NCBI GenBank assembly: GCA_041498975.1
Contig: JBGQJI010000065.1
Span: 1-12,889 of the forward strand
Origin: Candidatus Methylomirabilis sp.
GTDB lineage: Bacteria; Methylomirabilota; Methylomirabilia; Methylomirabilales; Methylomirabilaceae
DNA: 12,889 bases
Reading direction: 5' to 3'
Shown piece by piece: positions 7,064-12,889 of this stretch. Numbering within the stretch: the first letter of the stretch is position 1; the number at the start of each line of letters is the position of its first letter. The notes beneath the pieces are model-generated. The model saw only the letters and a program-made list of their open reading frames with translations. It was not told where the DNA came from and ran no database searches. Position numbers and translations under genes: made by a program.

Positions 7064-8632
7064 TCAGCGATCCCCGGGCTTGAGAGGTACAGCGCGCCCC
7101 GGCACACGGGCCGCCCGCCCGAGCGCCACGACGAAGATGGCTGCCTTCCCCTGAGCATGGGGTGAGAAGAAGGCGGTGACGTCGTCATCATAGAAGGTGG
7201 TGCCGGTCGCTCCCAGCCCCAGCGAATAGGCTGTGAGGTACATCCTCCCGCCCACGATCCCGGCCTCGAGCTGGGCCGCGCCGTACCCTCGATTTCCGAA
7301 GCGCTCGAGGACCCACGACAGGTCCGCGAGGAAGAAGACCACGGCGCTGGCATTGCCGCCCAGCTCCTGTCCGAGGCAAAGGTGCCCTGCCTCGCTCCGG
7401 AAGGCGCCTTCCTTGAGCAGCTCTAGCGCGAGCAGGGACCGGGAGAAATAGTAGGCGCCGCTCGGGAGGCCTTCCACAGCATTGACGATAAGGTACGTGT
7501 CGAGGAGGCTCGTCCCGGGCCCGCCAAGGAAGTCTGCGGGAACCCCCCGGGTCGATCGGTCGAGGATGGTGGAAAGCTGCGCAAGGGAGATCACCGAATC
7601 GGCGAAGCGGCGCGTCGAGCCTCGCCGCAGAATGACCTCGCCGAGACTTCGGCCCGGAAGGGCGCGCTCCGGAAGAGGGTCCAGGGGATGGCGCGACCCG
7701 TGAGCCACCTCCGAGTGCGGCGGAACGAAGGCAGCACGCCAGGCCCGCACTTCCTCCTCGCTTGCAAGCATGGAGGCCAGGCGCATCCTGCGGATCTGCG
7801 AGTACTCCACCTCCTCTTTCGAGAGCGGAACGATCTCGGGTGCGATCGGCGGGATCTCGGGCACCTTAGCGGCCGGAGACCCCTTCCCCAGAGGAACGAG
7901 GCAGAGGCTCGCCTCCCGCTCGGCGTCCAAGCCGAGAAGATGGTCCACTCGTCCATCGATGAAGCCCAGCACGATCCGCGAGAAGAGGCCTGCAGAGGCG
8001 GTCGTGGCCAGGAGGTTGGCCAGGATCGTGCCGCTGTTCCAGAAGAAATGGCGGTAGGCCCTGGCCTGATACTTCCAGGTGTTCCGCCAATAGATGGCCG
8101 TCAGAACCAATGTGACGGGAGCGCGAGAGATCGCCTCTTCGCCGGCCCCCGCACGGGACAGCTCTCCTCGAAAATCGCCTTCCCGCAGCCGGCGGAGCGC
8201 GAAATCAGCCGGAGAGAAGTGGTAGACGCCGGCGGCAAGCCCAGGGATATCGCCGCAGACCGCGTAGATCTCCACCTCGTAGAGCGCCCCGGTGCATGCG
8301 GCCGCCCGGAAGTGGTGCACCTCGCCGCCTGGATAGATCTTCTTCTTGGTCAAGCCAGCGCAGTAGAACAGGAGTTGCGCGAGCCCCTTCAGGTCGATCG
8401 AACTGCCTGCGACCACCTCGAATGAACCGATCGCGTCGAGAGCTTCTGCAGCGGGCGGGTCAAGTTCACGCGGGAGGGGGATGACAGGCAGGTCCGGATA
8501 GATTTTGAACAGGAGGGGCTTGTTCTCCCAGTCGAGGAAATGTGTCCCGGACCGGACGCTCCAATAGGAATGCTTGGTGGCCTCGTGGTAATCTTGGGCC
8601 TCTTCTATGTTGTGGTTGCCGATCTGGCGCAT
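7064..8632 (-). CDS. SagB/ThcOx-family FMN-dependent dehydrogenase with two nitroreductase-like domains
   Basis: YHEATKH...LDWENKPLLFKIY N-terminus. Domain 1: RAAACTGALYEVE, GVYHF, WKYQARAYR. Domain 2: ILRRGSTRRF, GAYYF, LEAGIVGGRMYL, GATGTTFYDD. Confidence 0.9.
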   Translation of the reverse strand: MRQIGNHNIEEAQDYHEATKHSYWSVRSGTHFLDWENKPLLFKIYPDLPVIPLPRELDPPAAEALDAIGSFEVVAGSSIDLKGLAQLLFYCAGLTKKKIYPGGEVHHFRAAACTGALYEVEIYAVCGDIPGLAAGVYHFSPADFALRRLREGDFRGELSRAGAGEEAISRAPVTLVLTAIYWRNTWKYQARAYRHFFWNSGTILANLLATTASAGLFSRIVLGFIDGRVDHLLGLDAEREASLCLVPLGKGSPAAKVPEIPPIAPEIVPLSKEEVEYSQIRRMRLASMLASEEEVRAWRAAFVPPHSEVAHGSRHPLDPLPERALPGRSLGEVILRRGSTRRFADSVISLAQLSTILDRSTRGVPADFLGGPGTSLLDTYLIVNAVEGLPSGAYYFSRSLLALELLKEGAFRSEAGHLCLGQELGGNASAVVFFLADLSWVLERFGNRGYGAAQLEAGIVGGRMYLTAYSLGLGATGTTFYDDDVTAFFSPHAQGKAAIFVVALGRAARVPGRAVPLKPGDR

Positions 8633-8681
8633 GCCTGTCGCTGCTAGTTAGGGGAGTGGCTGTTGAATGCCTCGAGCATGA

Positions 8682-8768
8682 CGTTCACCGTGAGCTTGTC
8701 GAAAGGTGCACAATTGGGGCTTCGACAAGCCTGTCCTGAGCTTTGTCGAAGGGCTCAGCCCGAAGGCG
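8682..8768. repeat. Nested REP-type element (CTGAGCTTGTCGAAGG class)
   Basis: CGTTCACCGTGAGCTTGTCGAAAGG ... GCTTCGACAAG[CCTGTCCTGAGCTTTGTCGAAGGG]CTCAGCCCGAAG: an inverted pair with a third unit inserted inside the second. Confidence 0.75.
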
Positions 8769-8793
8769 TTCCTTGCGAGGCTGTTTCTGCGGC

Positions 8794-8965
8794 ACTAATA
8801 CAAACGTCTTTAATCTTGTTGCAAAGGCGCGGGTCCTGTCCTTCGCCAGCCCCATCCGTCCTCACTCCACCCATCCCCCAGTGGGGCCCTTCCGTTGCGG
8901 GCGGATGGGGCGCCCCGCCTCGGCCACCCGCCCGATGTAACTTTAACATTGTCGTTTGTATTAGT
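8794..8965. mobile_element. MITE-like element, 172 bp, with AT-rich terminal inverted repeats
   Basis: Perfect 13-bp inverted repeat ACTAATACAAACG (8794-8806 / 8953-8965), extending imperfectly to about 30 bp. GC-rich interior with a 13-bp stem (8849-8861 with 8899-8911). Ends 6 nt from the VOC stop. Confidence 0.7.
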
Positions 8966-8971
8966 TAACAA

Positions 8972-9361
8972 TCAGCCTGAAGGGTTGAGTGGACCGAAGA
9001 TTTCGAGACGGATTCCGTCCGGGCCGTTGAAGTAGTAAGACTTGGCCTTGGCGTCCTCGTCTGTGCGTTCCCCGGTGATCGCCACGCCACGTCGGGATAG
9101 CTCGGCGCAGGCGGCCTCGACGTCATCCACCGCAAAGGCAAGATGACCCAGCATCTGCTTCCGGGACCCCTCGACCCGAAAGCCGGGTTGCTCCTCGAGG
9201 GCCAGAAATGCTCCCGTGGCATCGCCAAGGAACGTATGCTTGCGGGCACCGTCCGGCCGGCCATCATGGTTGATCTTCAGCCCCAGCTTCTCCGTATAGA
9301 ATTCGATCGCCCGATCCATGTTGGACACGAGCAGATCAACATGATCCACACCTTTCAGCAT
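8972..9361 (-). CDS. VOC family (glyoxalase/bleomycin resistance/extradiol dioxygenase fold) protein
   Basis: GVDHVDLLVSNMDRAIEFYTEKLGL, GHLAFAVDDVEA and YFNGPDGIRLEI with His/His/Glu metal ligands. Confidence 0.92.
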   Translation of the reverse strand: MLKGVDHVDLLVSNMDRAIEFYTEKLGLKINHDGRPDGARKHTFLGDATGAFLALEEQPGFRVEGSRKQMLGHLAFAVDDVEAACAELSRRGVAITGERTDEDAKAKSYYFNGPDGIRLEIFGPLNPSG

Positions 9362-9431
9362 CCCACTACCCCCATGTCATCTATTCGGTCGCCACCCGGC
9401 CTTGTCATCATTACCAGATCGACCCACCCTC

Positions 9432-9458
9432 AAAAAGGACGAGCGCGCTTCGCTCCTT
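9432..9458 (-). terminator. Possible weak intrinsic terminator after the 73-aa gene
   Basis: Minus strand AAGGAGCG-AAGCG-CGCTCGTCC-TTTTT: short bulged GC stem followed by T5. Confidence 0.35.
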
Positions 9459-9499
9459 CAAGTCACTCGCGATGACCTTGTGAAGGCAGCCTCGCCGCT

Positions 9500-9721
9500 C
9501 TATGCCTTTTCAACCCGGACGAGCACGTTCACGACAAAATGGAGCTTCACTCGATCCCCTGACTTCGCTCCCGGATACATTGATTCCGTTCCGATCCTGC
9601 CACTGTCGATCTGCCCGTTGGGTCGGTCCGCCAAGCGAAAGTACACGTCGTAGAAAGGCGAACCATGGATCGCCAGAGGCCTCAACTCTATCAGGACGCC
9701 CTCCTGCACTCCGTGAAGCAT
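9500..9721 (-). CDS. Hypothetical protein, 73 aa, probably small beta-barrel
   Basis: AGGAGG RBS before the ATG, same strand as neighbours. Alternating hydrophobic strands and a KSGDRVKLHF motif reminiscent of OB-fold turns. Confidence 0.75.
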   Translation of the reverse strand: MLHGVQEGVLIELRPLAIHGSPFYDVYFRLADRPNGQIDSGRIGTESMYPGAKSGDRVKLHFVVNVLVRVEKA

Positions 9722-9851
9722 CCTGCCCTCCTAATCCTGTTCGCGCTCGCGGTATCCTACTCCCATGTCCGGCACCTTGATCTCTTCGCTACTTACGGAA
9801 TGAGTGGTGCGAGTGCATGAAATTTTTCCGCGCTGTCATTGCGAGCGACTC

Positions 9852-9995
9852 AGTGCTTTGGTTCATAGGTATGGTGACGTATTCTCCGGGAGAACCGAGT
9901 GGCGCTCGCCCCCTTCGATCCTTCGAGACGGCGCGATACTACCGCGCCTCCTCGGGGCGAACGGATTCGTAAGCGTATTTATGAAATGCTGCACT
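9852..9995. mobile_element. Degenerate MITE-like element carrying a REP-type hairpin
   Basis: Ends AGTGCTTTGGTTCATAGGTATG vs AGTGCAGCATTTCATAAATACG (14/22). Interior 9903-9963 CGCTCGCCCC...CCTTCGAGACGGCGCG-n7-CGCGCCTCCTCGGGGCGAACG is REP-like. Right end overlaps the ALDH TAA. A truncated GTCATTGCGAGCGAC unit abuts the left end. Confidence 0.45.
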
Positions 9996-11413
9996 TAGCT
10001 CGCCAGATGGAAGCACACCAGCTTCAGCTCTGTCATCTCCTCGACCGCGTAGCGCGGGCCCTCTTTGCCGAAGCCGCTGTCCTTCAGTCCACCGTACGGC
10101 ATCAGGTCAGAGCGCCACTGAGGGCCCCAGTTGATCATCAGGTTGCCCGCCTCGACCTCGCGCGCGAACCGCATCGCCCACTCAAGATTCTCGGTGAAGA
10201 TCCCGGCCGCCAGCCCATAGATCGAGTGATTGGCCAGTGCGATCGCTTCGTCGATCGACTCGAATCGTGTGACCGCGACGGCCGGCCCGAACAACTCGTC
10301 GCAAGAGATCCGAGCTTCGGGCCTGACATCGGCAACAACGGTAGGGGCGTAGATGGCCCCGTGGCGCTGCCCGCCCGTCACGATCCTGGCGCCGCCCGCG
10401 ACCGCCTCTCTGATCCACTCCTCGATGCGGATGGCGTCCTCCTCGCGGATCATCGGACCGACCTTGGTCCGCTCGTCCATCGGGTTGCCGGTGGTCAGCG
10501 CGGCGACCTTGGGTTTCAAGGCGTCCAGAAAATCGTGATAGACGCTGCCGCTCGTCAGAACCCGCTGGGTGGAAATGCAGACCTGCCCGGCATTCGAATA
10601 GCCGGTTGCGGCAACGGCCGCGGCGACTTTCTCCAGATCGGCGTCTGGCATGACGATGACCGGCGAGTTGCTGCCGAGCTCCATCGTGACCTTTTTGATC
10701 CCCGCGTTTCGGCAGATCCGCTCGCCGACTTCGCGGCTTCCCGTGAACGTGATCTTGCGAACCCGACGATCCCTGCAGAGAGAGTCTCCGATTTCCTCTC
10801 CAATGCCGGTCAGGCAGGCAATCCCCTCGGCCGGCAGGCCCGCCTCCAGCAGCGCCTCCGTCAGCTTCAGCGCAGAGAGCGGGGTATCCTCAGCCGGCTT
10901 GAGGACGACCGCGTTCCCAGCGGCCAAGGCCGGCCCGACCTTGTGAGAGACCAGGTTCAGCGGGAAATTGAAAGGGGTGATGGCGACCACGACGCCGCAC
11001 GGCACCCGCAGGGTAAAGCCGAACTTGCCGGTGGCGCCGGGGGCGCCATCGAACGGGACGGTCTCGCCATGCAGGCGCTTGGCCTCTTCCGCGGACAGGG
11101 TCAGGGTCTGGACTGATCGGCTGACCTCGACGCGCGACTCCGCCAGGTTCTTTCCTTCCTCGAGCGTAATCGTCCTGGCGAACTCCTCAGCCCGCGCTTC
11201 AATCAGGTCCGCCGCCCTTTTCAGGATCCGAGAGCGGTCGTACCCGGAAAGCTTCGCCATCGCTTTCGCTCCACGGATTGCGCCCTCCAGGGCCCGGTCC
11301 ACATCGCCGAGATCGCCCCGCGGCACCGTATCCACGACGCTCCCGTCGTACGGGTTCAGGACCTCGATTGTTTTCTCTGCCTCGATCCACTGGCCCGCCA
11401 CATACATCCGCAT
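9995..11413 (-). CDS. NAD(P)-dependent aldehyde dehydrogenase
   Basis: ITPFNFP, KPAEDTP, ITFTGS, catalytic Glu in MELGSNSP, catalytic Cys in NAGQVCIS, DELFGP, PYGGLKDSGFGKEG. Start placed at the ATG at 11413 (MRMYVAG) after GGGGGAG rather than at 11470. Confidence 0.96.
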   Translation of the reverse strand: MRMYVAGQWIEAEKTIEVLNPYDGSVVDTVPRGDLGDVDRALEGAIRGAKAMAKLSGYDRSRILKRAADLIEARAEEFARTITLEEGKNLAESRVEVSRSVQTLTLSAEEAKRLHGETVPFDGAPGATGKFGFTLRVPCGVVVAITPFNFPLNLVSHKVGPALAAGNAVVLKPAEDTPLSALKLTEALLEAGLPAEGIACLTGIGEEIGDSLCRDRRVRKITFTGSREVGERICRNAGIKKVTMELGSNSPVIVMPDADLEKVAAAVAATGYSNAGQVCISTQRVLTSGSVYHDFLDALKPKVAALTTGNPMDERTKVGPMIREEDAIRIEEWIREAVAGGARIVTGGQRHGAIYAPTVVADVRPEARISCDELFGPAVAVTRFESIDEAIALANHSIYGLAAGIFTENLEWAMRFAREVEAGNLMINWGPQWRSDLMPYGGLKDSGFGKEGPRYAVEEMTELKLVCFHLAS

Positions 11414-11480
11414 CGCACCGTGTCTCCCCCGGCCGTTCCCTTCCCTGCTACGTCGAACCGCAGCTCCCATCTTGCCGACT

Positions 11481-11535
11481 TGCAGGGGCGCTGCTTGCTG
11501 CGCCGTTCTCAGGCGCGAGAAGCGCTTCGCCTACA
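11481..11535. repeat. Degenerate GTAG-class REP doublet
   Basis: TGCAGGGGCGCTGCTTGCTGCGCC followed by the inverted unit AGGCGCGAGAAGCGCTTCGCCTACA (reverse complement begins TGTAGGCG). Confidence 0.5.
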
Positions 11536-11546
11536 GGCTTTTTCCT

Positions 11547-11581
11547 CACTCCGAATTCCGAGATCCGCATTCTGCAATCCC
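11547..11581. repeat. Degenerate tandem heptamer repeat (5 units)
   Basis: CACTCCG AATTCCG AGATCCG CATTCTG CAATCCC: 7-nt period with a conserved TCCG-like core. Confidence 0.6.
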
Positions 11582-11626
11582 GCGAGGTTGCCCCGATCAC
11601 TCCCTCACCCTAATGATACTCGAGTG

Positions 11627-11825
11627 AACCCATTTGGATCAGGTGCGGGGGGCTGAGTCACTTAGACCGTCTTACGCTGGGTGTGATCGATTGGTGGGCA
11701 TGCCGCCCGGAGGGAAAATCGTTATCGAGACTGACTCAGGAGGAGGCTCCGCTTCGGCCCAGCCCAAGGGGAGGTCTGAGGTGCGCCGCCTCTCGCACTT
11801 CTGATCACCAGCCGTGGAGTTGGTT
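11627..11825 (+). ncRNA. Candidate rod-shaped structured RNA (possibly 6S-like)
   Basis: Nested helices 11637-11653/11788-11806, 11661-11668/11773-11780, 11676-11682/11757-11763 and apical 11688-11692/11717-11721 plus 11696-11699/11705-11708. Non-Watson-Crick positions within helices are G-U only on the + strand. Confidence 0.45.
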
Positions 11826-11833
11826 AAAATCCT

Positions 11834-11908
11834 GGGATCGTCCGGGGAGCAGCCCCTCCGATCCCTCCGCAGCAGCCGCTGGAGTTCTCAGCCGATCAAC
11901 ACATCGGC
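11834..11908. terminator. Two GC-rich hairpins between the Rieske gene 3' end and the candidate RNA
   Basis: GGGATCG..GGGG-AGCAG-CCCC..CGATCCC (11834-11865; on the minus strand followed by AGGATTTT) and GCCGAT-CAACAC-ATCGGC (11891-11908). No strong U-tract. Confidence 0.3.
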
Positions 11909-11930
11909 CCGCGCCATCGAGCCGTCGCGC

Positions 11931-12239
11931 CTAAAGGTCCACTTCGAGGTCCGAACCGTTCACCCGGACGTGATAGCTGGACACTCCGGTGCTGGCAGGA
12001 GGCCTCAGGACCTCCCCACTGGTTACTTTGAACTTCGCCCCATGCCAGGGACAGGTTACCTCGTCACCTTCCACCTCACCCTCGGAGAGGGGACCACCTC
12101 GGTGAGTGCAGGTATCATCGATGGCATGGTAGCTCCCTCCGATATTGAAGAGGGCGATCGTCTTGCCGCCAACTTGCACTTTTTTCGCCTGGCCAGGCGC
12201 CAGCTCGCTAGTCGTCCCAACTTTTACAAAGCCCGCCAC
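11931..12239 (-). CDS. Rieske [2Fe-2S] ferredoxin
   Basis: Rieske ligands CTH...CPWH (DTCTHRGGPL; VTCPWHGAKF). Start placed at the GTG at 12239 after AAGGAGG. Confidence 0.95.
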   Translation of the reverse strand: MAGFVKVGTTSELAPGQAKKVQVGGKTIALFNIGGSYHAIDDTCTHRGGPLSEGEVEGDEVTCPWHGAKFKVTSGEVLRPPASTGVSSYHVRVNGSDLEVDL

Positions 12240-12362
12240 CTTCCAACCTCCTTCCAATAGCCTCCCTTCGGCTCACCCGCTGTTGAAGCCCATTCCAACA
12301 CTTCGAGCGTCTCGATGATTCCCAGGTCTTACAATCTGGGACGTGACGCGACGAGAGAGGCC

Positions 12363-12707
12363 CTACTCCTTTTTCGGGTACTTCTTGTAATAAAGGTTGG
12401 CGACGCTGCCCTCCTCCTCCCGCTGAGCCTCCCACACGCTCTTCTGGACCGCCACCGGAAGGTTATGCGCCCCATCCTTGAAGGGCACGGCGTTCTTCTC
12501 GATGTAGTCCTTCCACTGTTCCGGGGTCTGCGTCGCTTCGAATATCGCGGTCACCGGACATTCCGGCTCGCAGGCTCCGCAATCGATGCACTCCTCCGGG
12601 TGGATAAGGAGTATATCCTCCCCCTCGTAGAAACACTCCACGGGGCAGACGTCCACACACGCATGGTCTTTGGTGCCGATGCACGGCTCTGCCACTATGT
12701 ACGTCAT
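12363..12707 (-). CDS. 7Fe ([3Fe-4S]+[4Fe-4S]) dicluster ferredoxin, FdxA type, with C-terminal extension
   Basis: [10 protein letters not shown]7-CVDVCP and [12 protein letters not shown] motifs. AAGGAGGAG RBS before the ATG at 12707. The 51 extra N-terminal codons in the ORF track overlap the upstream gene. Confidence 0.93.
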   Translation of the reverse strand: MTYIVAEPCIGTKDHACVDVCPVECFYEGEDILLIHPEECIDCGACEPECPVTAIFEATQTPEQWKDYIEKNAVPFKDGAHNLPVAVQKSVWEAQREEEGSVANLYYKKYPKKE

Positions 12708-12774
12708 CGCTCTCCTCCTTGCTGACTGCTTCGTTCTGGGTTGGCTTGATGTCGGTTCTACTCGAACACTCGGC

Positions 12775-12889
12775 TCACAGGAAGCCGAGCTGAAGCTTGG
12801 CTGCTTCGGACATCTTGGATGGCTCCCAAGGGGGATCCCAGACAACCTCCACCTTGGCATCCGTCACACCAGGAACATCCAGCACTCTG
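12775..12889 (-). CDS. DUF59/SufT-type metal-sulfur cluster assembly factor, C-terminal part (5' end outside the window)
   Basis: Manual translation from 12888: [37 protein letters not shown]. The VVWDPPW...MSE.AK..LG tail is characteristic of DUF59 proteins. Not in the supplied ORF track. Confidence 0.9.
   Translation of the reverse strand, partial: RVLDVPGVTDAKVEVVWDPPWEPSKMSEAAKLQLGFL

Noticed and set aside
7030..7066. Selenocysteine read-through at the in-frame TGA between SagB and the binding protein
   Set aside because: Only a weak 6-bp stem with two G-U pairs follows the TGA, and the position is a linker, not a catalytic Cys equivalent.
5873..7165. 430-aa + strand ORF, and other long + strand ORFs (9899-11116, 2943-3875, 139-798, 1322-1954, 7688-8425, 10968-11627)
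   Set aside because: Each is antisense to a motif-supported minus-strand gene and has no recognisable motifs. These are shadow ORFs typical of high-GC DNA.
11414..11470. N-terminal extension of the aldehyde dehydrogenase
   Set aside because: Arg/Gly-rich and not ALDH-like. The ATG at 11413 has a better RBS and gives a typical length.
11715..11760. TTATCGAGA (SAM-I riboswitch-like) and TCAGG (SRP-like) words
   Set aside because: The remaining conserved elements of SAM-I and of the SRP domain IV tetraloop stem are absent.
12708..12860. 51-aa N-terminal extension of the ferredoxin in the ORF track
   Set aside because: It overlaps the DUF59 gene in another frame, and a strong RBS precedes the ATG at 12707.
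1..12889. CRISPR array, tRNA, rRNA, transposase or integrase
   Set aside because: No regularly spaced direct repeats, cloverleaf or rRNA signatures, and no transposase or integrase ORFs were seen.

Overview
GC-rich bacterial chromosomal window. Every recognisable protein-coding gene is on the minus strand. In transcription order (right to left): the 3' end of a DUF59/SufT-type Fe-S assembly protein (missing from the ORF track), a 7Fe-type ferredoxin, a Rieske ferredoxin, an aldehyde dehydrogenase, a 73-aa hypothetical protein, a VOC/glyoxalase protein, a two-domain SagB/ThcOx-type flavoprotein, a LivJ/K-type substrate-binding protein with no signal peptide, a decayed VapBC-like toxin-antitoxin pair, a GalT-like protein with an altered HxHxH motif, a GYD-domain protein, an RNase Z-like MBL hydrolase, a CX5R phosphatase, a cyclophilin, a 91-aa hypothetical protein and an NADPH:quinone oxidoreductase. 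The intergenic regions hold several REP-type palindromes and three MITE-like elements with terminal inverted repeats, each next to a stop codon. The most interesting items are: (i) a ~170-200 nt rod-shaped candidate RNA on the + strand at ~11627-11825 with partial resemblance to 6S RNA; (ii) the SagB-like oxidase and the signal-less binding protein, in frame and separated by one TGA; (iii) the GalT/HIT hybrid motif; (iv) the stop-codon-associated MITEs; (v) the TA relic. All calls come from reading motifs and base-pairing by eye. No database search or folding program was run.
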